This document shows positions 42,332 through 53,266 of a stretch of 64,000 nt of DNA, piece by piece; the first letter of the stretch is position 1; every line of letters starts with the position of its first letter. The DNA lies in contig CAVUHW010000008.1 of assembly GCA_963741205.1 (NCBI GenBank), forward strand, positions 1 through 64,000. Direction: 5' to 3'. A program made the translations under genes and the position numbers. The stretch is from Nitrospirota bacterium. Lineage in GTDB: Bacteria; Nitrospirota; UBA9217. The notes beneath the pieces were generated by a model, which was not told where the DNA came from, made no database searches, and saw only the letters and a list, made by a program, of their open reading frames with translations.

Positions 42332-42877
42332 ATGCAAACAAGTACCGTTCACCTGAATGTAGTTCATCGCCTTGAAGACCTTGTCTTGCCTGCTGCAGGA
42401 GGTAGCGGCACGGGGGCTGTCCCGATCGACGAGCCCCACGCATACCGGGTCCTCGGTCTCGTGGAGGCGGGGTTTCCGAGCCCGGCCGAGGAGGAGATGC
42501 GGGACACGCTGTCCCTCGATGAATTCCTCGTTTCGAACCCGGAAGCATCCTTCCTGCTCAAGGTCTCCGGAGATTCCATGACCGGCGCCGGCATACTCCC
42601 CGGTGATTTGGTCATCGTGGACCGCGGTCAGACCGCGAAAAGCGGCGACATCGTGATCGCCGAGGTGGACGGCGAGTGGACCATGAAGTTCCTGAAAAAG
42701 AGCGGCGATACGGTCTACCTCGTGCCAGCGAACCCGAAGTACAAACCGATACGACCGCAGCGCGAACTCAGGATCACCGGCGTGGTGACGGCGGTGGTGA
42801 GGAAGTACCGGCAGGGACAAGGGGCGGGGGGCAAGGGCCAGGGGAGCAGGGTCGCCGCGCAGACGGACGGCGAGTAA
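42332..42877 (+). CDS. umuD: UmuD/LexA-like S24 peptidase without DNA-binding domain
   Basis: AGFPSPA cleavage site, GDSM Ser, TMK Lys; no HTH. Confidence 0.8.
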   Translation: MQTSTVHLNVVHRLEDLVLPAAGGSGTGAVPIDEPHAYRVLGLVEAGFPSPAEEEMRDTLSLDEFLVSNPEASFLLKVSGDSMTGAGILPGDLVIVDRGQTAKSGDIVIAEVDGEWTMKFLKKSGDTVYLVPANPKYKPIRPQRELRITGVVTAVVRKYRQGQGAGGKGQGSRVAAQTDGE

Positions 42878-42937
42878 GAAGGAAGGTCTCTCGTGTCGCC
42901 GAAGACATGCCTTGCGCTAAAAAACGGGCCGTGCTAG

Positions 42938-42958
42938 ATGCTATCATAATGAAAGCAT
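42938..42958. promoter_or_regulatory. toxin-antitoxin operator palindrome
   Basis: ATGCTATCAT-A-ATGAAAGCAT; TGCTATCA half-site as known for FitAB. Confidence 0.7.
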
Positions 42959-42971
42959 GGGGAGGTCTTGT

Positions 42972-43202
42972 ATGCCCAACATTCTCATCCGTGACGTTTC
43001 CCAGAAGGCCGTCAATCAATTGAAAGCGCGGGCCAAACGGCACAACCGCTCGCTTCAGGCAGAGGTGAAGCGCCTCGTCGAGGAAACCGCGAAGACGACC
43101 GGGGAGGGCGCCCTTCTCCGCGCGCGAAAAATCCGCGCAAGCTTCGGCAAGACGACGTTTTCCGACAGCGCCGAACTGCTCCGCGAGGACCGAAACCGGT
43201 GA
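42972..43202 (+). CDS. FitA-like ribbon-helix-helix antitoxin
   Basis: MPNILIRDV...LKARAKRHNRSLQAEV...DSAELLREDR; overlaps the PIN toxin gene. Confidence 0.88.
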   Translation: MPNILIRDVSQKAVNQLKARAKRHNRSLQAEVKRLVEETAKTTGEGALLRARKIRASFGKTTFSDSAELLREDRNR

Positions 43203-43642
43203 CCCGTTTCGTTGTCGATGCCAGCGTGGCGATCAAATGGTATCTGCCGGAACCGCACAGCGCCGACGCCGACCGGCTGTTGGGCGGCGGTTTTCAACTT
43301 CTCGCCCCGGACCTGCTTGTCACCGAAGCGGGAAATATTCTCTGGAAGCGGGTCATGAGGTCGGAGCTGACCGTCCGAAAGGCGCAGGTCATCATGCGCG
43401 CCCTGGTAGCCCTGCCAATGACGCTGCACCCTGCAAGCGTTCTCGCGGAAAACGCAATGACCGTTGCCTGCGGCCTGAAGCGGTCCTTTTATGACAGCTT
43501 GTATCTGGCGCTCGCCCTGACAGCGGATTGCCGGCTGGTGACCGCCGACAGAAAGCTGTTCGATGCCGTACGAGACGCAGCGCCGGTCAGGAAGCACATT
43601 CTCTGGATAGAAGATGTGCCGGAAAAGAATGACCCTGATTGA
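43199..43642 (+). CDS. vapC: VapC PIN-domain toxin
   Basis: VVDASVAIKW, E.GN, YDSLYLALA, LVTAD. Confidence 0.92.
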   Translation: MTRFVVDASVAIKWYLPEPHSADADRLLGGGFQLLAPDLLVTEAGNILWKRVMRSELTVRKAQVIMRALVALPMTLHPASVLAENAMTVACGLKRSFYDSLYLALALTADCRLVTADRKLFDAVRDAAPVRKHILWIEDVPEKNDPD

Positions 43643-43847
43643 CGTAATTAGGTCAGTGCGATGCCAGAGAAATCCGGATCGGAATGGACACCACCTCCGC
43701 CGCGATACGCTGCGGACGCCCTTGTTCCCCTGCGAATCGAAGCCGCGGATATGCCGATGCGGTTCTACAGGTAGATGCATGCAAATATATGTTGATGCCG
43801 GCTCCTAACGGCTCAATAACTGGTTGGGGAAAAACATAAGGACCATC

Positions 43848-44378
43848 ATGCTGTTCAAAAAAGCCATCATATTTGGAATCAGAGTTGTCATATTTGCTGC
43901 GATAATCGCTGTGATAATCGCTGCTGCTATTCCTGTGCTTCGCAAGCACAGCCCAGGCTTCAACTGGATATTTTCACCCACGGATCTTTATAAGCCGCTA
44001 TCAGTGAGCACTATCGATCTTGGGAAGGAAGGCCAGAGCTATCAGATAAGCTTCGAGAATAAGTACCCTGGGTTGCACTGGTTTGCCATCCAGGTTGCAA
44101 ACCCGCGATCAACTACCACAGCCTATGAAGGCGATTTTGTTCTTCGGCTGGAAATACTGCATGATCATAAGCCAGTGCTCTCAAAGCTTATACACGGGCC
44201 AAGCGACCCATATGGGAGCCAGAAAAGCGGCTTTGCCGTCCTCTGGTATCGAGCACCACTTGACCTGCCGCTTCGAGAACCTCTTGAGGCGGAGATAACG
44301 GTTGTGAAGGCAGATCAGGCGTTTGTAGCGAAGCATGGCATGCCCGAGCTGGTCGTAAGAAAGCTTTCGGATGAGTAA
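43848..44378 (+). CDS. hypothetical membrane-anchored protein (cassette-like)
   Basis: N-terminal TM segment; lower GC; flanked by attC-like remnants. Confidence 0.7.
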   Translation: MLFKKAIIFGIRVVIFAAIIAVIIAAAIPVLRKHSPGFNWIFSPTDLYKPLSVSTIDLGKEGQSYQISFENKYPGLHWFAIQVANPRSTTTAYEGDFVLRLEILHDHKPVLSKLIHGPSDPYGSQKSGFAVLWYRAPLDLPLREPLEAEITVVKADQAFVAKHGMPELVVRKLSDE

Positions 44379-44469
44379 ATGAAAAGCTCGTAACGAGGCG
44401 CCTCAGCTAAAGACGAATAATGGCTTTTTCTACAGACTCGTTATACGTTCAAAACAGGATGAACAATCT

Positions 44470-45150
44470 ATGAAGATCAAAGCGATTATTTTCGGGGCTA
44501 CGGGCATGGTGGGGGAGGGCGTTCTCCACGTGGCACTCGGACATCGGGACGTAGAATCCGTTCTGGTCATCGGCAGAAAATCGTGCAATGTGAAACACCC
44601 CAAACTGAAGGAATTGATCCACAACGATTTCTACGACTATTCAGCCATTGAAAAGGAGCTTGCAGGCTATAACGCATGCTTCTTCTGTCTCGGCGTCTCT
44701 TCCGTGGGGATGAGTGAAAAAGCCTACACCCGCGTGACGTACGACCTGACGATGGAGGCTGCTAAAACCTTGTCAAGACTCAACCCTGATATGACCTTCT
44801 GCTATGTATCCGGTGCCGGGACCGACAGCACTGAGAAGGGCCGCATCATGTGGGCGCGCGTGAAGGGCAGGGTGGAAAATCGCCTGAAGGATTTTCCGTT
44901 CAAGTCCGTGTACCTGTTCAGGCCCGGATTTATCAAGCCCATCAAGGGCCTCAGGCATGCGCATACAATCTCCGAGGCGGTTGGAATGATGTATCCCCTC
45001 TTAAAAGTCATAAGCCCGAAGTATGTATGCACACTGGAAGATGTAGGCCTTGCAATGATACAGGCGGCCAAAGCAAGTCCTTCAAGACGGATCATCGAGA
45101 ACAAGGATATCGCCCTATTAGCCGGAACCGGCACAAGCAGCAAGACCTAA
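44470..45150 (+). CDS. NAD(P)-binding epimerase/oxidoreductase (TIP30/CC3-like)
   Basis: GATGMVG, CFFCLG, YVSGAG, WARVKG..E, FRPG. Confidence 0.9.
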   Translation: MKIKAIIFGATGMVGEGVLHVALGHRDVESVLVIGRKSCNVKHPKLKELIHNDFYDYSAIEKELAGYNACFFCLGVSSVGMSEKAYTRVTYDLTMEAAKTLSRLNPDMTFCYVSGAGTDSTEKGRIMWARVKGRVENRLKDFPFKSVYLFRPGFIKPIKGLRHAHTISEAVGMMYPLLKVISPKYVCTLEDVGLAMIQAAKASPSRRIIENKDIALLAGTGTSSKT

Positions 45151-45282
45151 CTGACAATACTCAGAGCACCCTTAATTGTACCTGGGTTCTGACAAACCGG
45201 ATATAACGGATGTACCTTCCTTCGAGAGGGTCGCTGAAAACCGCGTCCCTCAGGCGAAGCGTTATTACCAAGAGAGCTGATA

Positions 45283-45607
45283 ATGAAAAAGTGTCCTTTC
45301 TGCGCTGAAGATATTCAAGACGACGCTAAAAAGTGTAAACACTGCGGTGAATTTCTGGATGCCGCCCCCCCCACGTTTTGCAGAAAAAAAGATCCCATGG
45401 TATTTCCGAAAAACCTTTATTGTCATCGCAGTCTGCTCTGTGGGGCCTCTGGCGTTGCCCCTGATTTGGTGGCGTCCACAAACGACGCGGGGATGGAAGA
45501 TCGGACTCACCATAGGAATCCTTGTTCTCAGTTGGATGTTGTTCCAAACCACGATGGAATCCATTCGTACCATCAAGGAGTATTACACGTTCATTAAAGG
45601 ACTCTGA
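45283..45607 (+). CDS. zinc-ribbon membrane protein (indel near 45370)
   Basis: CPFCAEDIQDDAKKCKHCGE followed by two TM segments in the shifted frame. Confidence 0.8.
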
Positions 45608-45663
45608 AATTATCTCCAGTAGTCGGCCATTTGAAAATAACGGCAAATCACGAGGATTGAGAC

Positions 45664-46026
45664 ATGGGACTGGTACACAAAAGAGACATGAAAAAAGCGG
45701 TGCGGCACGGACAGGCGCAGGAGGAGCAGCCGGTGCGTTTGAGCAAAACGCAGAAGAAAAAAGCGGCGCTGTCCTTGCAGGACCTGGGTGAACGACTTGT
45801 GAAGTTGTCGAACGAGCAGCTCAAACAAAGCGATCTGCCCGAGGACGTCCTGGCTGCCGTGAAAGCGGCAAAGACCATTACAAAACACCATCCCCTTAGC
45901 CGGCAGATACAGTATATCGGCTCGTTGATGAGGAAATACGATCCTGCGCCTGTCAGGGAATTCCTCGACGCCTTGGGGCAGGGGAACCGCCGGCAGACGC
46001 GAAGGTTAAGCAAAACGAATAAATGA
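45664..46026 (+). CDS. yjgA: YjgA/DarP (DUF615) ribosome-associated protein, C-terminally short
   Basis: SKTQKKK...LQDLGERLVKL...RQIQYIGSLMR. Confidence 0.8.
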   Translation: MGLVHKRDMKKAVRHGQAQEEQPVRLSKTQKKKAALSLQDLGERLVKLSNEQLKQSDLPEDVLAAVKAAKTITKHHPLSRQIQYIGSLMRKYDPAPVREFLDALGQGNRRQTRRLSKTNK

Positions 46027-46175
46027 CGCAATGCGAATGGATTCCCGCTTTCGCGGTGAATGACAGAATCGGTCCCGGCAACGAGTGTATGAAGGCTATC
46101 AGAAGAGCGCTCAAACCGGAGCAATCCAGCGGGCGGCTGATATAGCATGGATCTCGTCATCAAAAAAGGATAGAC

Positions 46176-46421
46176 ATGAGCGACCAGCAACATAAAGATC
46201 CCCTTCACGGTGTCACGCTGGAAATGATGCTTACCCAGCTGGTGGAGCATCATGGATGGGAGAAAATGGGCCAGATCATCAATATAAGATGCTTTAATAA
46301 TGACCCGAGCATCAAGTCCAGCCTGCAGTTCCTGAGGAAAACCCCTTGGGCGAGAACAAAGGTCGAAGAGCTGTATCTGAAGTACAGAAGGAATGCTTTG
46401 AAAATGCCGAAACGCAGTTAA
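46176..46421 (+). CDS. VF530-family (DUF2132) DNA-binding protein
   Basis: DPLHGVTLE...GWE...CF...[22 protein letters not shown]. Confidence 0.9.
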   Translation: MSDQQHKDPLHGVTLEMMLTQLVEHHGWEKMGQIINIRCFNNDPSIKSSLQFLRKTPWARTKVEELYLKYRRNALKMPKRS

Positions 46422-46583
46422 GATGGTCCACTGGATATTACAGGGGCTGCATGAACGATTATGGTCGCCCGTCGGTTTTAAAGATGGTGGGCCATTTCAA
46501 CTCAGACATACCACTGGAGTATCAACAGCTTCCCTTGGTCCGACCCGGCATTGGAGTTCGGTGACGTCGAACGTTACACACGT

Positions 46584-47489
46584 ATGAAATTTACCAAATA
46601 TCATGCCCTCGGTAACGACTATCTGGTCCTCGATCCGAAAGATTACGACCAGCCTTGGGCGCTTACGGCCGAGCAGATCAAGACCATCTGCGACCGACAC
46701 TATGGCATCGGGTCGGACGGAATACTTTTCGGCCCGCTGCCGTCTACAAAGGCTTCCTTCTCTCTTCGAATATTCAATCCTGATGGAAGTGAGGCGGAAA
46801 AAAGCGGCAATGGCCTTCGTATTTTTTGCCGCTATCTATGGGACGGGAAATTGGTCGGCGACAGCCTTTTTTCCGTAGAAACGAAAGGCGGCGTCATTCA
46901 GGCGCAGATACTGGATAGCGGCAAACTTGTCCGGGTAGAAATGGGCATGGTGAGTTTTCGAAGCGAGGACATCCCGGTTGCCGGCCCATCGCGCGAGGTT
47001 TTGCGCGAACAAGTCACCGTAGGCGACAGAACCTTTCAGTTCTGCGGTGCGACCATCGGCAATCCGCATTGCGTTATTTTGCTTGATGAGGTATCACCGT
47101 CACTGGCAAAACAGTATGGCCCGCTTTTGGAAGTTCATCCCTTATTTCCCAATCGGACGAATGTGCAGTTCGTAAAGGTTCTGGACCGAAGGAATATCCG
47201 GATCGAGATATGGGAGCGAGGCGCGGGGTATACCCTGGCATCGGGCAGCAGCAGTTGCGCATCAGCCGCCATTGCATACAAACTGGGTTTCTGCGATTCA
47301 ACTATGACCGTACATATGCCCGGCGGCAAGATCGAGGTATCCATGGACGCCGCGTTTCGCATCGTGATGACCGGTCCGGTGACGCGGGTGGCGAAAGGGC
47401 ATTTGTCGGGTGAGATGTTCGAGAGTGTTGAAAACCAGCTAATCGATCAACCCGCCAAGCGGATTAGCTCATTGTTGGCTACAACGTAA
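46584..47489 (+). CDS. dapF: diaminopimelate epimerase-family protein
   Basis: KYHALGNDY, GSDG, NPDGSEAEKSGNG, GNPH, WERGAGYTLASGSS (Ser at both usual Cys positions). Confidence 0.88.
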   Translation: MKFTKYHALGNDYLVLDPKDYDQPWALTAEQIKTICDRHYGIGSDGILFGPLPSTKASFSLRIFNPDGSEAEKSGNGLRIFCRYLWDGKLVGDSLFSVETKGGVIQAQILDSGKLVRVEMGMVSFRSEDIPVAGPSREVLREQVTVGDRTFQFCGATIGNPHCVILLDEVSPSLAKQYGPLLEVHPLFPNRTNVQFVKVLDRRNIRIEIWERGAGYTLASGSSSCASAAIAYKLGFCDSTMTVHMPGGKIEVSMDAAFRIVMTGPVTRVAKGHLSGEMFESVENQLIDQPAKRISSLLATT

Positions 47490-47573
47490 GAACTCCAAAC
47501 AGTGGTCAAACAGTCTCCCTCAATGATATGGCGATGCCCGCTGACCTTTTTTATATTAATTCCGGAGGTATTC

Positions 47574-49233
47574 ATGTTTTCCTTGAACGCACACGATTAC
47601 GATCAGGCCCGAGCTCTCTTCAGGATCGAGGTGCCGGAGGAGTTCAACTTCGGGTTCGACGTGATCGACCGGCATGCCGCTGACCCGTCGAAACGGGCGC
47701 TGGTCTGGACCGACCCTGCGGGAAAGGAGGCCAGGGTATATACCTTCCGGGATATTTCCCGCCTCTCGAACCAGGCCGCGAACGCGCTCAAAGGCATCGG
47801 CGTCAAAAAGGGCGACCGCGTGTTCATCATGCTCGGCCGCGTCCCGGAATGGTACTTGCTGCTCGTGGCCTGCCATAAACTCGGTGCTGTCGTCGTGCCG
47901 GCGCCGGTCATCCTGCTTGCGTCCGACATCGAGTACCGGCTCATGAAAGGTAAAGCCAACATGTTGTCACGAACAGGGCGAACCATGCCAAGGTGGACGA
48001 GGCCGCGAGGAGCATCAGCGCTCCCTTTCTGCGAATAAGGCGCTGCTCGACGGAGATGCCGCGGGCTGGCACGACTTCGGAGCGAGCCATGGCCGCCGCG
48101 TCTCCCGCTCTGAGGGGCGACGTGGAGCCGAACCGGGCCTCTGATTCCTTCCTGATCTATTTCACCTCCGGAACCACCAGGTATCCCAAGATGGTCCATC
48201 ATCTCTGCTCCTATCCGCTGGGGCATCTCCGGACCGCCGGGTTGTGGCACGGGCTGACGGATAGAGACCTGATCTGGGTCGTGTCGGACACGGGCTGGGC
48301 CAAGTCGGCCTGGGGGCTCTATGGCCAATGGGCCATCGGCGCGGGATTCTTCGTTCATAATGCGGAAGGGCGGTTCAACGCCAAGCTGACCCTGGAACTG
48401 CTCACAACCAGGGGAGTGACCGCGTTCTGCGGACCGCCCACGGTCTACCGCATGCTGATCCTGGAAGATCTCGCAAAAGTACGATTACTCCGGGGTCAGG
48501 CATTTCACGTCCGCAGGCGAGCCGCTGAACCCCGAAGTGATCAGGGTCTGGCAGAAGGCAACGGGAAAGACGATCCACGAAGGCTACGGACAGACCGAAA
48601 GCTCGGTGCTGATCGCGAATTATCCCTTCATGAAGGTGAAGGCCGGGTCCATGGGCAAGCCCGTCCCGGACCTGACCATCGATATCCTGGACGAGAATTT
48701 CAAACCGGCATGCAGCCGGCGACGTCGGCTTCATCTGTGTCAAGGTGGACCCCGTGAAGCCCGTGGGCATCTTCGAAAGCTATCTTGAGGACCCTGACGA
48801 GAATGCGAAGGTCTTCCAGCAGGGCTGGTACAATACCGGCGACAAGGCAACGAAGGATGACGAAGGGTACTTCACCTTCGTGGGCCGGGGAGACGACATC
48901 ATCAAGGCCTCGGGCTACCGTATCGGGCCTTTCGAGGTCGAGAGCGTGATCCAGGAGCATCCGGCCGTGGCCGAGAATGCGGTGGTCGCCAGCCCCGATC
49001 CCGTCCGCGGCGAGATCATCAAGGCGTACATCGTGCTCGCGCCGGGCTTCAAGGCCTCAGACACCCTGGCGCACGAGATCCAGGAATTCGTAAAAGGCAG
49101 GACAGCGCCCTACAAGTATCCGCGGGAGATCGAGTTTATGACCGAACTGCCCAAGACCGTGAGCGGCAAGGTCAAACGCGCCGTGCTCCGGAGCCGCGAA
49201 GTGGAACGGAAGCTGGGGAAGCCAGGGTTGTAG
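47574..49233 (+). CDS. acyl-CoA synthetase (AMP-forming; several indels)
   Basis: FNFGFDVID, YFTSGTT, EGYGQTE, YNTGD, GRGDDIIK, PKTVSGK. Confidence 0.92.
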
Positions 49234-49290
49234 GCGGACTCGAAGGTTTTCGAAAACCGATCCTTCCCGCAGCTAAAGGGAGGAGCAAAC

Positions 49291-49689
49291 ATGAATAGCG
49301 ACGAACAAGAGATCCGTCAGCTCGTTGCCACCTGGATGGCGGCGACAAGGGCGGGTGACATCGAAACGGTCTTAGGCTTGATGGCGGATGATGTTGTTTT
49401 TCTGATGCCGGGCCATCCGCCGATGATCGGAAAGTCGGGTTTCGCCGGAGCGGCGAATGCCCAGCGGGCCCAGGGAGCGCCCCGGTTCGACGGCACCAGC
49501 GAGATCCAGGAGATCCGGGTGCTCGGAGAGTGGGCGTTCATGTGGACAAAACTGACGGTCGTGGTTACCCCGCCGGGGGGCGTTCCGTCAATGACGCGTG
49601 CAGGGCATACCCTTTCCATTCTCAAGAAGCAAGGCGGCAAGTGGCTGCTTGCGCGCGATGCGAATATGCTGTCGCCAATATCAACGTGA
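49291..49689 (+). CDS. SnoaL/NTF2-like protein (SgcJ/EcaC family)
   Basis: DEQEIRQLV..W......GD....L..DDVVFL...W.LARDAN. Confidence 0.85.
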   Translation: MNSDEQEIRQLVATWMAATRAGDIETVLGLMADDVVFLMPGHPPMIGKSGFAGAANAQRAQGAPRFDGTSEIQEIRVLGEWAFMWTKLTVVVTPPGGVPSMTRAGHTLSILKKQGGKWLLARDANMLSPIST

Positions 49690-49696
49690 AGCGAAC

Positions 49697-51013
49697 ATGG
49701 ACAATCAATTCATCCAACTTACTTCCTGGCCGCGCGCCATCCTGCATCTGGACGCCGACGCGTTTTTTGCCTCCTGCGAGCAGGCGATCCATCCGGAGCT
49801 CCGGGGCAGGCCGGTGATCACGGGCAAGGAGCGCGGGATCGTGGCCGCGGCCTCCTACGAGGCCAAGGCGCGGGGCGTCTCGCGCGGGGTGCGGCTCTCG
49901 GAGGTGAAGAAGATCTGTCCCGACGCGGTCATCCTGCCGTCGGACTACGAGACCTACAGCCTGTTCTCGGTCAGGATGTTCGAGATCCTCAGGCGCTTCT
50001 CTCCTGACGTGGAGGAGTATTCCATCGACGAGGCCTTCGTTGATCTTACCGGCCTAAGGCGGAGCTTTCACGGCCCCTATGCATTGATCGCGCGAAAAAG
50101 ATGCAGGAGACCATCCAGAAGGAGCTGGGGCTCTCCGTGTCTGTGGGCGTCTCCCTCTCGAAGGTCCTGGCCAAGATCGGGTCGAAGCACAAGAAGCCGC
50201 ACGGGATCACCATGATCCCGGGCCGCGAGATCCATCTCTATCTTGAAAAACTTCCCGTGGAGAAGGTCTGGGGCATCGGACCGAACACCGCGGCGTATCT
50301 GAACAAGTGCGGCATTACCACAGCGCTCCAGTTCGCGCGGAAGGACGAGGAGTTTGTCAGGACGCATCTGTCAAAACCGTATCAGGAGATCTGGCACGAG
50401 CTGAACGGCAGGAGCGTGTACCCCGTCACGACGGAGACGAAGAGCAGCTACCAGTCCATCAGCAAGGCAAAGACCTTCACGCCCGCCTCGACTGACGAGA
50501 CCTTTGTGTTCGCCCAGCTCGCGAAGAACCTGGAGAACGCCTGCATCAAGGCCCGGCGCTACAAGCTCGCCGCCTCACGGGTGGTCATCTTTCTCCGGAA
50601 GCAGGACTTTACGGGCAGCGGCGTGGAGCTGAAGCTCAGCCGCCCTACCGCCTATCCCGTAGAGCTCTTCGAACTGTTACGGGAGGGCTTCCAGCATCTG
50701 TATCGAGCCCAAAGCCCTCTACCGCCAGACCGGGGCGGTGCTTGCCGGGCTGATCGAGGAAAAAAACGTGCAGTACTCACTTTTCGATGATACGACGAAG
50801 ATCGAGAAGATGGCGAGGATTTACGAGAGCATCGACCGCATATCCCAAAAGTTCGGCAAGCACACGATCCAGCACGCGGCGAGCCTGCCCACGAAGCTCC
50901 AGGCGCAGCACGAAGGGGAGCGGGGAGACGTGCCTGTGAGACGGGCGATCCTTTTCAAGGGAGAGAACAAGCGGCAAAGGCTGCGTCTGCCGATGCTGCA
51001 TGTTAAGGTGTAG
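49697..51013 (+). CDS. dinB: Y-family DNA polymerase (DinB/UmuC-like; two indels)
   Basis: HLDADAFFASCE, AASYEAKARG, YSIDEAF, KPHG, WGIG; clamp-like motif QYSLF. Confidence 0.93.
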
Positions 51014-51581
51014 AGTTTGTTGCGGGGGCTGTTATGACGGCGAGGCAGAATGATAATAAAAAAGGCGTTTAGCTCGAACCCGTATCTTGGCTTTTCCGTT
51101 GAACCTCGGGAGAGATACAATAAAGATCAGTTTTACTTTTTCCCTCCGCTTTCGCAGACGTTAAAGTAATCCCTTCTCTTTTCCTGTATCTTCCTTCGGT
51201 CTTTAAGGCTTCAGCTTTCGAACTTCTACGATCCTGCGATCTGGGAGCAGCTGCGGATTTCTCCACTCTCTGCTTGCCGATCCGGATCATTTCCTTCCAA
51301 AGCTTACCGCCTTCAACGGAAATCAAAAATACTTGCGCGACTGCTGTTTCGGGTCCGCGCAACGCCTTTTTAACTTCACAATTATGATACCACTTCTTTT
51401 AAATTATGTCATCAGTCAAGATGAATATTTTTTCTTTATCTGCTCTTCTTCCTAAGATACGAAAAAAGCCTTACCTCCGAAGGCGGCGCAAAGAATGGGG
51501 TACAATAATATAGTATTGAAAGGCCATTGGAGACATGTTCAGGGGGGACAAATAAAGGGCATCGGTTCACGGTTGAAAGAT

Positions 51582-52142
51582 ATGAATAAACAGCAGGCAT
51601 TACAAAAAATTGCTTCAGAAATCAGTGCATGCCGTCTCTGTAAAAAAGGAGGCACGGGAATGGCGGTTCCCGGGGAAGGCAATCCCGATGCAGAGGTGGT
51701 GTTCGTGGGCGAGGCGCCGGGGAAGGAAGAGGCAAAGAGCGGCAGGCCTTTTATCGGCAGGTCGGGCAGATTTCTGCGCCAGGAGATCCGAGAGCTCGGG
51801 CTCAACGAGGATGAAGTCTTCATCACCAGCCCCGGACACTATCTTCCGCTTCGCGGCACCCCTTCAAAAGAAACACTCATTCACGGCAGGGAGCATCTTT
51901 TCAAGCAGCTTTCAATCATCAAGCCCAGGATCATCGTGCTCCTTGGGAATTCGGCGTGCATTGCAATGCTTGACCGTAAGATGGAAATAACCAGGACGCA
52001 CGGAACGGTCATTGAAAAAGAGGGGAGGAAATATTTCATTACGTTTCATCCCGCTTATGCGATGCGGTTTCCGGAAGGGAAGAAACAGTTCATTCGGGAC
52101 TTCGCTCTCTTGAAAAAGATTATACAGGCCGGTCAAACATGA
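51582..52142 (+). CDS. uracil-DNA glycosylase family 4
   Basis: CRLC, GEAPG.EE, GRPFIGRSG, TFHPAY. Confidence 0.93.
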   Translation: MNKQQALQKIASEISACRLCKKGGTGMAVPGEGNPDAEVVFVGEAPGKEEAKSGRPFIGRSGRFLRQEIRELGLNEDEVFITSPGHYLPLRGTPSKETLIHGREHLFKQLSIIKPRIIVLLGNSACIAMLDRKMEITRTHGTVIEKEGRKYFITFHPAYAMRFPEGKKQFIRDFALLKKIIQAGQT

Positions 52143-52218
52143 TCCGGCCGTGTCCTGTGCTTTTGCGCTCCGAAAGACTCAGCAAAACCGTGGCATGACG
52201 ACGATTTCCTCTCATCAT

Positions 52219-53068
52219 TCATGAACTGGGCGCTTTCAACGATCGATGCTCCATCACCTGGGGGATAAGAATAACGCCGGGTTTTACCTTATCCTTGTGT
52301 TCAAGCTTATGCAGGAAGGCTCGAATCCGTTTTGCATTGGTCCCTACGTCGCTCAAGCCCACGCGTGAAACAGAACGAACATCAACCCTGCTTCCTTGCG
52401 GCGCGGGAAGAATCCTGACAACGACATCATCTTTGAACCCGAACCAGAGAGTGGTTGCCGTGGCCTCGATGCGCCCTTCGCGCGCGTTCGCATCAACGAT
52501 CTGCCATCCCATGTCATTCGCCGCGCGAAGCGCCCTTTCAAAAGCCGCGGTCTGCGGGACCGGCAGCTACGAGCGGTGCAATGTCCGGATACGCCGCTCG
52601 CTGCTGCGCGGCAACAACAGGACCGCCGTATTCCGCGGGATTGACGGCGTCTTTCCTCAATTGCAGAATTGCCGCGAACCGCGGCGGGTCCGCCGGATCG
52701 GTCGTGATGTCGTGGATCCGCGGCAGCTGCTGCGCCGTGCGCAACCATGACCAGGGTATGCCGGCCGCCAAGAGACCGATCAGAATTCCGGCCGCGGCCA
52801 TGAAGAGAGCCGCACGTCGATACGCGTGCTTCACGGCGATGCCGCCGGCCAGGGAGAGTACCGCAGCGGCTAGCCCGGCAACAGCAGCCCACCGAAGAAT
52901 AGCAAAACCGGTCGTGAAATGCCACCACGCCCACCTGGTTCCGAAGCCTGCAAAGGCTTCGGCAATGCCTGCAAACACAGCCACCACAAGACCAACTGGC
53001 GCGAGGTATGCGGTGAATGCGCCCACTGGCATAAATGTATGCTTCAGAGTATCCTGATGAGTAGTCAT
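52219..53068 (-). CDS. DUF1499-family membrane protein (indels near 52540-52570)
   Basis: Three TMs, PRIHDITTD, AYPDI, IEAT..TLWFGFKDDVVVR, DVRSVSRVG.SDVG.NAKR. Confidence 0.88.
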
Positions 53069-53266
53069 GACAAATCTCCTTCGCCCGAAAACAAGCTCAA
53101 ATAAATCCTGTTTATATTCTAGCACGATCCTCGATTGTGGTTTACACAGAGCCGGCTGATCCTCAATTCGTATGCCCTTTGTATGAGAGATCGGTATGCT
53201 GTATAATAAGGAAGACGAAACGATCCAGTCCGGACGCAGTAAAGGCTGTAGAAAAGGAGAAATCGC

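Noticed and set aside
51069-51362. 97-aa minus-strand ORF after dinB
   Set aside because: No recognisable motif, SD or family; not called.
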